Shown here piece by piece: positions 44,710 to 54,227 of a DNA stretch of 64,000 nucleotides. Under the pieces are notes generated by a model that was not told the origin of the DNA, ran no database searches, and saw nothing but the letters and a program-made list of their open reading frames with translations. The position numbers and the translations under genes were made by a program. Source of the stretch: an uncultured archaeon. GTDB taxonomy: Archaea > Iainarchaeota > Iainarchaeia > Iainarchaeales > GCA-2688035. How positions within the stretch are numbered: the stretch's first letter is position 1; every line of letters starts with the position of its first letter. The stretch lies in contig CAZXIC010000005.1 in the NCBI GenBank assembly GCA_964640195.1, positions 4,996 to 68,995 of the forward strand, written 5' to 3'.

Positions 44710-45042
44710 ATGCTGTGCAAAAAATGCGGTGGAAAACTTGAGCGTTTCGCTGTAGAGGTCGAGGACAGCGATTTAGGCAGCGAAGGATTCGAATGCAAAA
44801 AATGCGGAGAACTGTTCTTTGATGAGAAAAAGGGCAAGGCATTGGTAGAAGGCTTGAAGAGAAAAGAATTGCTCAGGGAATTGCCGGCACTAAGCATAAG
44901 GCAGAAAATAATCAAGCTTTCAAAGGACAGGCTGGGGTTCTACTTCAACAAGGACTTGGCAAGGTGCGCAGAATTGAAGGCCGGAGAGCCGATAGAAGTA
45001 AGCTTGTTGGACAAAAAAAGAATTTTGATAGAAGTTGAATGA
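44710..45042 (+). CDS. Zinc-ribbon + AbrB/SpoVT-like domain protein, possible antitoxin
   Basis: 'CKKCGGKL....ECKKCGELFFDE' (a C-x2-C...C-x2-C motif, MqsA/YgiT-like) followed by 'IRQKIIKLSKDRLGFYFNKDLARCAELKAGEPIEVSLLDKKRILIEV' (swapped-hairpin AbrB-like). Confidence 0.5.
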   Translation: MLCKKCGGKLERFAVEVEDSDLGSEGFECKKCGELFFDEKKGKALVEGLKRKELLRELPALSIRQKIIKLSKDRLGFYFNKDLARCAELKAGEPIEVSLLDKKRILIEVE

Positions 45043-45143
45043 GAACACTGCCTTGGAGAAGCCACTTTCCCCCTAACCCAAAACACCTTTTAAAAACTCT
45101 TTATTGGAAAATATATTGCAACCTTGGTTGGGGCGGTGCTTTC

Positions 45144-46448
45144 TTGAAGGTAACTCTGCTGAATGTTCGCTCTGAGAAAAATTACTGCATGAACAAGGAT
45201 GTCATGGGCAGCATGGGCAGCGTTACGCACATCGGCAAGGGACTAAGGGCAAAGGCGATTGAGTGGGGCAAGAAGCGTGGCGTGAGGCTGCCTGTCTTCT
45301 CGTTTGGTTATCTTGCAGCGATTTTTTCTGATGCAGGGCATGAAGTGCAGGTTTTGGAGAATGCTGTGCCAAAGGAAAGTGATTTGGTCATAATAGCAAG
45401 CTCGATTGTTGACGTCAGGGCGGAAACAGCCTTTGCGGAAAGGGTTAAAAGGGAAACAAACGCAACTGTTGGATTCATCGGTGCGTTTGCCTCAGCCAAG
45501 CCTGAGATTTTCCTCAGAAGGGCAGATTTCGTTATAATGGGCGAGCCTGAGAATGCGGCGAAAAAAATCGCTACCGGGACAAAACCAAAAGGCGTTATCA
45601 AGAGCAAGCCTGTCCAGAAGCTTGAGGAACTGCCATTCCCGAAATGGCAATTGTTTCCGGTAGAGGAATACAGCTATTTCCCGCAGCTGCGGAAAAAGCC
45701 CTTCCTGCCCATCCTCTCAAGCAGGGGCTGTAGTTTCAGCTGCACCTACTGCCCCTACAGGGCATTCTACGGCGGCTGGAGGCGGAGGCAGCCAAGGAAC
45801 GTTCTTGCTGAGATAGATTACCTTGTGCAGAATTTCGGCGTACGCTCAATTCTTTTCCGCGACCCGCTGTTCAGCCTGGACAGGAAGAGGGTGCTGCAGA
45901 TAGCAGAAGGCATCAAGGAAAGGAAACTTGGATTGGAGTGGGCTTGCGAGACAAGGCTTGAGTTCTTGGACAAGCAACTTGTTGACGGGATGCACGAGGC
46001 AGGCTTCAGGGCATTGAATGTCGGCATTGAATCGCAAAGTGGCAGGGTGCTGCACGGCGTAAAGAGGAAATCGCCGGGAAGAAGCCAGGGGGAGAAGATT
46101 ATTGAGTACTGCAACAGGAAAGGCATCAGGGTCGCGGCATTCTACGTCCTGGGGCTGCCTGATGACACAGAGGAAACAATCAAAGCGACTGTTGAGTACG
46201 CGAAGAAACTGGACACGAACGTCGCGCAGTTCACCCTGTGCACGCCCTTTCCCGGAACAAAGCTTTATGAGCAGCTGAAGCCGAGGGTTTTTGAGCGGGA
46301 CTGGGAAAAGTTTGACTCATTCACGCCAGTGTTCAGGCACGATAATTTTTCAAAGGAGAGGCTGGAGCAGCTGAAGGAAGAAGCGTTTGCCTCCTATTAC
46401 TTCAGGCCAAGGTATTTGCTGAAATTCCTTCTAAGAATGTTTGGGTGA
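45144..46448 (+). CDS. B12-binding-domain radical SAM enzyme (~434 aa)
   Basis: The N-terminal Rossmann-like region ('DLVIIASSIVD', 'VGFIGAFAS') precedes the radical SAM motif 'LSSRGCSFSCTYCPY' (CxxxCxxC). The start is uncertain (TTG 45144, or ATG 45039 as in the ORF track). Confidence 0.8.
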   Translation: MKVTLLNVRSEKNYCMNKDVMGSMGSVTHIGKGLRAKAIEWGKKRGVRLPVFSFGYLAAIFSDAGHEVQVLENAVPKESDLVIIASSIVDVRAETAFAERVKRETNATVGFIGAFASAKPEIFLRRADFVIMGEPENAAKKIATGTKPKGVIKSKPVQKLEELPFPKWQLFPVEEYSYFPQLRKKPFLPILSSRGCSFSCTYCPYRAFYGGWRRRQPRNVLAEIDYLVQNFGVRSILFRDPLFSLDRKRVLQIAEGIKERKLGLEWACETRLEFLDKQLVDGMHEAGFRALNVGIESQSGRVLHGVKRKSPGRSQGEKIIEYCNRKGIRVAAFYVLGLPDDTEETIKATVEYAKKLDTNVAQFTLCTPFPGTKLYEQLKPRVFERDWEKFDSFTPVFRHDNFSKERLEQLKEEAFASYYFRPRYLLKFLLRMFG

Positions 46449-46456
46449 CATGGAAA

Positions 46457-47311
46457 ATGGATTTGGTTACGGGCGCAACTGGCTTCATCGGCTTGAACCT
46501 TGCGGAAGAGCTCAGCAAAAGGGGAAAAGTGAGGTGCCTTGCAAGGGAAAGCAGCAAGGGTCTAGGGCAACTGCGGAAGCTCAATGCTGAAATAGTTTTC
46601 GGCAGCCTTGAGGACAGGCAGAGCCTTGACAGGGCAACGAAGGGCGTTGCAACCGTGTTCCATCTCGCTGCTTCGCTCAATTCTCGGAATGCACTCGAAC
46701 TGCAGAGGGTTAATGTTGAAGGGGCAAGGAATTTGGCGGAAGCGTGCAGAAGGAATGGTGTCAAGAGAATCGTTTTCCTGAGCACCTACCTTGCCTCAGA
46801 GCAGTATAGCAGCGTTTACGGGAAAACAAAGAGGGAAGCTGAAAAGAGGGTGCGGAAAAGCGGGATTCCCTTCGTGATTGTAAGAGCCTCCGTTGTTTAC
46901 GGCAAGCATGACAGGAGAAATCTCGCAAAAATAATAAGTGCAGTGAGGAGAATGCCGGTTATCCCAGTTATTGGCGGGATAAAAATGCAGCCTGTTTTTA
47001 TCCTTGACCTTGTGAAGGCGCTGCTTGCGTGCGCAGCTGAGAAGAAAGCCCTGGGCAACGTATATAACATTGCGGGAGACAGGGTTTACTCTTTCAGGGA
47101 AATCGTTTCACTGATTGAGGAAGCAGTTGGGGTGAGGAGGATAAAGGTTCCATTGCCTTTCTGGATTGCAAAGCTGCTGTTCAGGCCTGCAGCGCGCCTG
47201 GAAGACATGGCGAGGTTTTCAGTTATTGACTGCAGCAGGGCAAAAAAAGACCTTGGATTCAGGGCAACGCCCTTTGCCCTGGGGATAAAGTCAACGCTTG
47301 AATGCCAGTGA
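46457..47311 (+). CDS. NAD-dependent epimerase/dehydratase (extended SDR)
   Basis: 'MDLVTGATGFIGLNLAEEL' glycine-rich motif and 'YGKTK' (YxxxK). Confidence 0.85.
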   Translation: MDLVTGATGFIGLNLAEELSKRGKVRCLARESSKGLGQLRKLNAEIVFGSLEDRQSLDRATKGVATVFHLAASLNSRNALELQRVNVEGARNLAEACRRNGVKRIVFLSTYLASEQYSSVYGKTKREAEKRVRKSGIPFVIVRASVVYGKHDRRNLAKIISAVRRMPVIPVIGGIKMQPVFILDLVKALLACAAEKKALGNVYNIAGDRVYSFREIVSLIEEAVGVRRIKVPLPFWIAKLLFRPAARLEDMARFSVIDCSRAKKDLGFRATPFALGIKSTLECQ

Positions 47312-47313
47312 TT

Positions 47314-48846
47314 TCATTCGTGCTCTGTTGCCGTTGAGCCGGTCAGCATTGTCCTGGTGCCTGTGTACAGCCTGTACATAGCGTATTCCACCGGAAAGCG
47401 GAAGAACCTGTGGCGCCAGCGCCACAGGGAAGTCCTGTGGAATATTTTCTGCAGGAACCTGAACCGCTTTATGTGCCTCTCCAGATAGCCGTCTCTTGCA
47501 TAGGGAAAGTAAAAGTCGTTCAACTGCTTGCGCAGCCCCAGTATCTTCTTCGGAATCCACGGCGCGGTCTTTATTCTGCTCCATTCCTCCAGCTTTTTCG
47601 GCTGCGGGAAACCCAGCTTGCAGGCAAGGTCGTACAGCGGGTTTCCAGGATAGGGGATGTAGCAGTACAGCCTTATTTCATCGTAGTCCTTTTTGCTGGC
47701 ATAGCACCTGTCAAGCAAATCAAACATTGAGTGCACCTGCTCGTCCAGAAAGCCGTTTATCTGTTCCTGCGAGGCGTTGCTGAATTTCTCTGTGGGCAGT
47801 CCGAGTATGAGCGCTGGCAGCACTTTTATCTTGAAGCGCCTTGCCCTCTCAATGAACTGCACCGATTCTCCAACTGTAAGGTTCTTGTTGATGAAGTCAA
47901 GGATTTCCTGGCTGCCCGTCTCTGCTCCAAACTGCACGTCGGTGCAGCCCGATTCGCGTATCAGCCGCCAGGTTTCGTCTGAGAAGGCAAGCATCTGCCT
48001 TGCCCTGCCCTGGGCCCTGCCCCATTTCAGCGGCAGGTTTTTCCTGATAAGCTTCTTGCAGAAGTCCTGCACCTTTTTCTCGTTGATGAAGAAGTTGTCA
48101 TCGCCGACCATCATGTACTCGATGTTGTGCTTTTCCACAAGAAATTGCCAGTCCTTCAGGATCCTGTCGTTGGAAAGGGCTGACCAGCGCTGCCTGAAGA
48201 CAAGCGGCTCTGCGCAGAACTTGCATGTGAAGGGGCAGCCTTGGCTGGTGATGTAGAACATTGAGCGCTTGCCGTCAACGTATTCAACGTGGTCTTCCAC
48301 ATTGACAAGCCCATAAGGCAAAGGCGGGAAATTGTTTATGTCCTCAAACGGCCTGTCATTATTGTGGATTATTTTTCCACTCTTGTCCTTGTAGGATGTG
48401 CCAAGCAGGCCTTTAAGGGATTGCCCTGCTGCAAGCCTTTCAACAAGCTCTTTGAAAGTCCTCTCCCCCTGAGCCCTTACTATTATGTCAACGTATTCGC
48501 TTTCCAGTGTCTGCTGCGGCAGGATTGAGGCGTGCCAGCCGCCCCACACAATCGGCACACCTGGGTTGGTTTTCCTTATCTCCTTCACTGCCTCAATCGC
48601 TGCAAGGATGTCATGCCCGGTCATGACGCTTAAGCAAACGCAGAGCGCATTTGCTGATTCGGCTGCAACCTGCTCCACGAAATCAACATCAGGCCTTGAA
48701 GTAACTATCTTCGGCTCAAAGCGTTTCCTGTCAAGCATTGAGGCAAGCTTAAGCAGCGGAATCGGCAGGCTTGTGCTGAATGTGTGCCTCCTGGGCTTGG
48801 GCAGAAACAGGACTACCTTGTGCTTTGCTTTGGGCATTGTAAACAA
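47314..48846 (-). CDS. B12-binding-domain radical SAM enzyme (510 aa), paralogue of 61561-63087
   Basis: 'IVWGGWHASILPQQTL', 'IIVRAQGERTFKELVERLAAGQSLKGL' and the radical SAM motif 'ITSQGCPFTCKFCAEP'. By eye, roughly half or more of positions are identical to the 508-aa protein at 61561-63087. Confidence 0.85.
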   Translation of the reverse strand: MFTMPKAKHKVVLFLPKPRRHTFSTSLPIPLLKLASMLDRKRFEPKIVTSRPDVDFVEQVAAESANALCVCLSVMTGHDILAAIEAVKEIRKTNPGVPIVWGGWHASILPQQTLESEYVDIIVRAQGERTFKELVERLAAGQSLKGLLGTSYKDKSGKIIHNNDRPFEDINNFPPLPYGLVNVEDHVEYVDGKRSMFYITSQGCPFTCKFCAEPLVFRQRWSALSNDRILKDWQFLVEKHNIEYMMVGDDNFFINEKKVQDFCKKLIRKNLPLKWGRAQGRARQMLAFSDETWRLIRESGCTDVQFGAETGSQEILDFINKNLTVGESVQFIERARRFKIKVLPALILGLPTEKFSNASQEQINGFLDEQVHSMFDLLDRCYASKKDYDEIRLYCYIPYPGNPLYDLACKLGFPQPKKLEEWSRIKTAPWIPKKILGLRKQLNDFYFPYARDGYLERHIKRFRFLQKIFHRTSLWRWRHRFFRFPVEYAMYRLYTGTRTMLTGSTATEHE

Positions 48847-48890
48847 AAAGTGGGATGATTAATTTAAATAAATTGGTGCAAAAACCGCAT

Positions 48891-49538
48891 TTATTTGAAT
48901 ATTTTGCCTGTTTCCCTGCTCCAGAAAAGAAGGTCAAGCTCTGCAAGCGGGATGCCTGCGCGCTTGCTGAATGAACGCATTTTTTCCTCAACCGCAAGGT
49001 ATTTCCTTGGGCTGAGGCTTTGGGGCATTTCCCTGATTGCACCGTAACGCAGCAGGTTGCGCAGTATGTGCCTGTCAAGGATTGCGACATCGGAGCCAAA
49101 GCCGATGTTGCGCAGAAAATGGGATGCCTCTTTCATCCCGATGCCTTTGACGTTGGCAGCCAGCCAGCCCCTTGCAGCTTTCTGGTTCCTGTCAATGCCG
49201 AGGCCCAGCAGCTTTTGCTTGATGCCTGGCATCATGAGATTGTGGGCTGCAACTATGTAGGATGCCTTGTTCCTGTGGAACCTGGCCTTTTTTGCAATAA
49301 TTCTGGCAATCTCTGTCTTGTCCCCCTTGTCCAAAACGCGTTTTGCAATCATTTCGTTCACAGCTGCGTCGCACTGCAGTGCATTGCTCTGCGGGGTGCA
49401 TAGGCAGAATGCAAGCTCGGCAAAAACTGCCTCGCTGCCCTTCTCCCAGGTCCTGCTGAATTCCCCAAGCCTTTTGCGTATCTCGCGCCTCTTTTCCTTG
49501 TGTTCCCGACGCAGTTGCCCTAGTTTTTTGCCAGGCAT
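48891..49538 (-). CDS. ogg: 8-oxoguanine DNA glycosylase/AP lyase (Ogg2-type, HhH-GPD)
   Basis: 'FAELAFCLCTPQSNA' and the HhH 'VKGIGMKEASHFLRNIGFGSDVAILDRHILR' (Lys/Asp catalytic pair context). Confidence 0.8.
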   Translation of the reverse strand: MPGKKLGQLRREHKEKRREIRKRLGEFSRTWEKGSEAVFAELAFCLCTPQSNALQCDAAVNEMIAKRVLDKGDKTEIARIIAKKARFHRNKASYIVAAHNLMMPGIKQKLLGLGIDRNQKAARGWLAANVKGIGMKEASHFLRNIGFGSDVAILDRHILRNLLRYGAIREMPQSLSPRKYLAVEEKMRSFSKRAGIPLAELDLLFWSRETGKIFK

Positions 49539-49636
49539 CTGCTAAAAGAGTTGCCTAAGAAGCTTTTTCTTTTAATGCCTTTCCCTCCGCAGGGCGGTTT
49601 TGTTATTTAAATTTATTGCTCTTACCATAGTAAAGC

Positions 49637-51733
49637 ATGGATTTATCCAATATATTTGAGAGGGCTAAGAGAGCAGACAAGAAACAGCTTTTTCTGCTTG
49701 CAGTGATTTTTCTGCTAGCCTTTGGAACAAGGGGGCATTTGCTGGTCTACGAATACATGTTCGGCTTTGACTCATACTACCACGCGAGAATGACTGGGTT
49801 CCTGCTGCAGAACGGTTACGTGCCTGCACATGACATGATGTCCTATTATTTCATGGGGGGCGCGCCGCCGCCGCAGAACATTTTCTTCTGGTATTTCACT
49901 GCAGCAATCTACAAAATTGCAACCCTCGGCGCTGCCTATAACAAAGCGTTGTGGATTCAGTTTGTAAAGGTTCTGCCTGCCCTGTTCGGCGCGCTAATCA
50001 GCGTTGCAATGTTCTTCTTCGGGAAGGAGGTGTACGGCAAAAAGGCAGGCTATGCAATGGCATTCATTGCAGCTGTTGTGCCCTCTTTCGTTTACAGAAC
50101 TCTAGGTGGCTTCTTTGAAGAGGACTGCCTTGGCTTCCTCTGGCTGCTTATTGGCTTAGTGTTCTTCGTTAGGGCTGTCAAGGACCCTGTCTTCAACAGG
50201 AAGGGCATCCAGAACGCTGTACTAGCAGGCTTTTTCTTCGGGGTGATGGCTCTGACCTGGGAGATGTTTCTGCTCATCCCGCTTGTGCTGAGCGGCTACC
50301 TGGTTTTTGCGTTAATGCACATCTACAGCAAGAGAGGCACACAGCAATTCCTTGACTTCATAAAGCTGTTTGCCATTTCCTTTGCGATTTTCGCAGGCCT
50401 AGCTACAATGAATTACGGGCTTGGCTGGGTTAACAGTGCAGCAAACTATGCCTTGGCGTCAATTCCCGGAAACCTGGAAATATTTGCTTTTGCTGGGGCA
50501 GTGCTGCTTGCAGCAGTTCTTGTTTACTTGGGGTATGAGATGCGCAATCCTGCAAAGCACGACAGCAATGCAAAGACAATCAACCTGATTTCAATGGTTC
50601 TGCTTTACTGCGTTCTCCTTGCGCTTGTAATAACCTTCCTGTCAATTGACAGCCTCTTCGTTGAAACCAGCGTTTTGGGGCAGAGTGTAGGGGAAGAGAA
50701 CACAGGCAAGCAGTTTTTTGGAATAAAGTACAACGCCTTAATCATTTTCCCAGCTCTTGCAATGCTCTTAATCCCAATCAGGATGTACAGGGAGAAAAAC
50801 GAGCATTTAAGCGCAATGATTTTCTTTTGGATTCTGATAACTTATTTCATGGCGTGGTACAAGCTGAAGTTCACTTACACTTTTGGACTGCCCATAGCAG
50901 CGGCGGTTGGCGTTGTTACAACCGAGCTGTTCTATTACACGAAAGGCAGAAGCGGCCTTGAAGTGAAAAGCGTTGCACTTGCCCTGGGCTTCATGCTGTT
51001 GACTGGCGTTGCTGCTGCAACGATTTTTGTTCCCGACAAGATTCCACACATAGAAACCCACAACCCGACGTGGAAAAAAACCCTGCAGTGGATGCAGGAG
51101 CCGGAAAACATTCCACCTGATGCGAAGATGTTCAACTGGTGGGACGAAGGGCACTGGATCAGCTTTATCGGCGAGAGGGCGGTGCTTGTTGACAACAGGA
51201 ACCTCAGCTGGGAGGGCGACAGCGATTTCGCAAGATTCATCCTAACAAAAGACTTGGGTGAAGCGGTTGAAATAATCAAGAACTATGACAGCGACTACAT
51301 TGTCCTAAGCAACGACATGTTTTTGAAAGTTGGCTCCTTCGGCTACTACGCCTACAACACGACAAACAGCAGCGACCCCCGAATCATCAATTTCCTTTTT
51401 ATGCCGCACTATGCCATTCCCTGCGGCAGAACAACAGAACAGGGCGTTGTCTACTACCAGTGCGGCGGCAACAGGTGGAGCGAGGCTGAAATGAACAGCC
51501 TTCCCACTAACTGGCAGAGCCAGGCTTTGGGCGTAACAGAGCAGAGCGTGCCGTACTTTGTTTACAGGGACAGTGACAACATGAACGTTTACTTCCTAAA
51601 CATTGCCACCAATGAGAGCATGCTGGCAAAGCTGTGGTTTAACCAAACAGAGGCAGCGCAGTACTTTGAGGAAGTGTATGGCAGCGAGGGCATGAAGATA
51701 ATCAAAGTAAAGAAAGAGCAGCTGGCGGCGTAG
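49637..51733 (+). CDS. aglB: Oligosaccharyltransferase AglB (STT3 family)
   Basis: Polytopic N-terminal domain with 'FGFDSYYHARM' (first-loop acidic motif) and the catalytic 'NWWDEGHWISF' (WWDxG). 698 aa. Confidence 0.9.
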   Translation: MDLSNIFERAKRADKKQLFLLAVIFLLAFGTRGHLLVYEYMFGFDSYYHARMTGFLLQNGYVPAHDMMSYYFMGGAPPPQNIFFWYFTAAIYKIATLGAAYNKALWIQFVKVLPALFGALISVAMFFFGKEVYGKKAGYAMAFIAAVVPSFVYRTLGGFFEEDCLGFLWLLIGLVFFVRAVKDPVFNRKGIQNAVLAGFFFGVMALTWEMFLLIPLVLSGYLVFALMHIYSKRGTQQFLDFIKLFAISFAIFAGLATMNYGLGWVNSAANYALASIPGNLEIFAFAGAVLLAAVLVYLGYEMRNPAKHDSNAKTINLISMVLLYCVLLALVITFLSIDSLFVETSVLGQSVGEENTGKQFFGIKYNALIIFPALAMLLIPIRMYREKNEHLSAMIFFWILITYFMAWYKLKFTYTFGLPIAAAVGVVTTELFYYTKGRSGLEVKSVALALGFMLLTGVAAATIFVPDKIPHIETHNPTWKKTLQWMQEPENIPPDAKMFNWWDEGHWISFIGERAVLVDNRNLSWEGDSDFARFILTKDLGEAVEIIKNYDSDYIVLSNDMFLKVGSFGYYAYNTTNSSDPRIINFLFMPHYAIPCGRTTEQGVVYYQCGGNRWSEAEMNSLPTNWQSQALGVTEQSVPYFVYRDSDNMNVYFLNIATNESMLAKLWFNQTEAAQYFEEVYGSEGMKIIKVKKEQLAA

Positions 51734-51778
51734 CGAGTAAATGCCGCGGCGCAACCCAAATTTTCAACGAGGTAGAAT

Positions 51779-52039
51779 TTAACTGAAATATTCATACTTT
51801 ATTTTTAGAAACAGGATTGAGAGGGCAAGTATCAAACCGACGGTATTCATTGCGGCTACGGGCCCGTTTTGGATTAGGACTGCATACGTTATCCAAAGAA
51901 CTAAACCGATTGTATAGATAATGTATCTCCAAAAGGACAAATCTTTTGTGGACTTTGTTCTCCAGCTTTTTATTGTCTGCGGAAGCAATGAGATTACAAC
52001 AAAAATGCCTGCGGCGTACCCTAAAATATCAATCCACAT
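51779..52039 (-). CDS. SemiSWEET / PQ-loop (MtN3-like) three-helix membrane protein
   Basis: 86 aa from ATG 52039: 'ILGYAAGIFVVISLLPQTIKSWRTKSTKDLSFWRYIIYTIGLVLWITYAVL'. Shows the PQ motif and 3 TM helices. Confidence 0.75.
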   Translation of the reverse strand: MWIDILGYAAGIFVVISLLPQTIKSWRTKSTKDLSFWRYIIYTIGLVLWITYAVLIQNGPVAAMNTVGLILALSILFLKIKYEYFS

Positions 52040-52224
52040 ACAATGGGGAAGGGTAAAAGAATATAAAAAACCATTTCTATTCGGCAAGGATATTTTTTAT
52101 AAAAGAGCGGGCATTAGCTCCTGCCTGTGGTTCAATCTTGAAACAGTCCTGTGTTAAACATTTATATAAACCTTTTTTTTAATTATTAAATTATCTTAAC
52201 GTTTTTTTGCAGGAGATTATTTGT

Positions 52225-53262
52225 ATGCTTCCGTTGGTTGCAACACTGTTGATAGCCGTTGTAGCATCTTTCGCTGTAACAACCTACTTCCTGCCCCTCT
52301 GGATTGGGAGGATGGCAAAGAGAAGGATTGTGGGGATAGATATAAACAAGCTCGGCAAGCCAAAGGTTGCGGAAATGGGCGGCGTCTGCGTCTGGCTTGG
52401 CTTCAGCGCTGGCATAATCCTTTCAATTTTCTGCTTCAGCTACCTGCACCTCGTTGAGCTGAATCTGACCCTGCTGCTTGCGGGCTTCACAACGATTGCA
52501 ATGGTTGGCTTTTTGGGCGTACTGGATGATTTGATTGGCTGGAAGAGCGGCATAAGGCAATGGCAGCACGCCCTAATACCTGTTTTTGCAGCGCTTCCCC
52601 TGATGGCTGTGAAGGTAAGCAATCCGCCGATAAAGCTGCCCTTCCTTGGGCTTGTTCCGGCAGAATACGCCCTGCCGCTGCTTGGCACTGTGAGCTTTGG
52701 CTTGATTTACAGCCTTTTCTTCGTGCCAATCGGCGTGACAGGGGCGAGCAACGCGGCAAACATGCTGGCTGGGCTCAACGGCCTGGAGGCAGGGCTTGGC
52801 TCCATAATCCTCGCAACACTGCTTGCAATCGCACTCGATGCAGGACAGGTTGAGGCAGCAATAGTTGCGGCAGCAATGCTCGCAGCATTGCTTGCGTTCC
52901 TGCGCTTCAACTGGTTTCCCACAAAGGTTTTTGGCGGAGATTCCCTTACCCTGATGATTGGGGCGAGCATTGCAACTGTTGCAATCCTGGGCAACATTGA
53001 AAAAATCGGCGTGCTGCTGATGAGCCTTTACTTCGTTGAGCTGTTTTTGAAGGGGCGCTTCAGGATGCAGAGGGAGGGCTTCGGCATCCCGCAGAAAGAC
53101 GGAACCCTGCTCGCACCAGCCGGGCCTGCTGCAAGCATCAACCATATTGTAATGCGGCTTGGGAAATTCAGCGAAAAGCAGGTTGTTCTGGCAATCCTCG
53201 GCATGCAGTTGCTTGTCAGCCTTGCGGTATTTTATTTGAGTTTCTTTAAATTATTCTCGTGA
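52225..53262 (+). CDS. aglH: UDP-GlcNAc:dolichyl-phosphate GlcNAc-1-phosphotransferase-like (MraY/WecA/GPT family)
   Basis: 'LGVLDDLIGW', 'GASNAANMLAGLNGLEAG' and 10-11 TM helices. AGGAG lies 10 nt upstream of ATG 52225. Confidence 0.85.
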   Translation: MLPLVATLLIAVVASFAVTTYFLPLWIGRMAKRRIVGIDINKLGKPKVAEMGGVCVWLGFSAGIILSIFCFSYLHLVELNLTLLLAGFTTIAMVGFLGVLDDLIGWKSGIRQWQHALIPVFAALPLMAVKVSNPPIKLPFLGLVPAEYALPLLGTVSFGLIYSLFFVPIGVTGASNAANMLAGLNGLEAGLGSIILATLLAIALDAGQVEAAIVAAAMLAALLAFLRFNWFPTKVFGGDSLTLMIGASIATVAILGNIEKIGVLLMSLYFVELFLKGRFRMQREGFGIPQKDGTLLAPAGPAASINHIVMRLGKFSEKQVVLAILGMQLLVSLAVFYLSFFKLFS

Positions 53263-53735
53263 AACAGGCGCTGGGCATGGGAAAGAAAGCAAAGGTTTGC
53301 CTTGCCTGCTCCGCAGGCGGGCATCTGACTGAGCTGCTGCAGCTTGAAAGGGCATGGCAGGGCTTCTATCATTACTTTGTCTCGGACAAAAGGCTGAACG
53401 CAATTGAGCTGAGCAAAAGGGAACGGGTTTACTTTGTGAAATGTCCAAGGAGAAACCCACTGCTGCTTGCAATCAATTTTTTCCAGTCTCTGCAGATATT
53501 TCTGCGGGAAAAGCCAGATGTAGTTTTGAGCATCGGCGCTGACACCGCGGTTGCAACATGCCTGGTTGCAAAGCTGTTCGGGAAGCGCGTTGTTTTCATT
53601 GAGTCATTCTGCAGGGTAAAAACCCCGAGCCTCAGCGGAAGGATAATGTACAGGGTAGCGGACCTTTTCCTTGTGCAGTGGAAGCAGAACTTGGGGTTTT
53701 TCCCGAAGGCAGAATTCTCTGGGGGCGTTTTCTGA
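53259..53735 (+). CDS. Alg14-like glycosyltransferase subunit (membrane-association/acceptor half)
   Basis: 'VCLACSAGGHLTELLQL' and 'SIGADTAVATCLVAKLFGKRVVFIES' are as in the Alg14/EpsE/Cps14F family. GTGA overlap with aglH. Confidence 0.8.
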   Translation: MKQALGMGKKAKVCLACSAGGHLTELLQLERAWQGFYHYFVSDKRLNAIELSKRERVYFVKCPRRNPLLLAINFFQSLQIFLREKPDVVLSIGADTAVATCLVAKLFGKRVVFIESFCRVKTPSLSGRIMYRVADLFLVQWKQNLGFFPKAEFSGGVF

Positions 53736-54227
53736 ATGAAGGTGTTCGTGAGTGTTGGAACACACCCACAGCCGTTTGACAGGTTGTTGAGGGAACTGGA
53801 TTCGATTGCTGCAAGGAAAAAGAATTTTTCTTTTTTTGCCCAGACAGGCAGCAGCAGCTACAAGCCAAAAAATTTTCCAAGCAAGCCCTTTCTGGGCGAG
53901 CAGGAATACAAGCGGCGGATAAGAGAAGCAAGCCTTGTGATAAGCCATGCCGGCGCTGGAACAATCATCAACAGCATGCTGCAGCGCAAGAGGCTCATCG
54001 TGGTGCCGAGGCTGCTCCGCTTCGCGGAGCACACAGACGACCACCAGGTTGACCTGGCAGAGGCCCTGGATGCACAGGGCAAGGTGATTGCCGTAAAGGA
54101 GATGGGGCAGCTGGCAGCTGCGATTGAAAGGGCTGCAAAATTCAAGCCTTCAGCAGCCTCTGGAAGGGAGCGGCTTGTGGCTAGAATCATGGGCTTTCTG
54201 AATGAAGCGGGGGCGCTGCGCAAGTGA
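53736..54227 (+). CDS. Alg13-like glycosyltransferase subunit (GT28 C-terminal, catalytic half)
   Basis: 'MKVFVSVGTHPQPFDRLL' and 'LVISHAGAGTIINSM' are as in the Alg13/Cps14G family. Starts directly after the Alg14-like stop codon. Confidence 0.8.
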   Translation: MKVFVSVGTHPQPFDRLLRELDSIAARKKNFSFFAQTGSSSYKPKNFPSKPFLGEQEYKRRIREASLVISHAGAGTIINSMLQRKRLIVVPRLLRFAEHTDDHQVDLAEALDAQGKVIAVKEMGQLAAAIERAAKFKPSAASGRERLVARIMGFLNEAGALRK

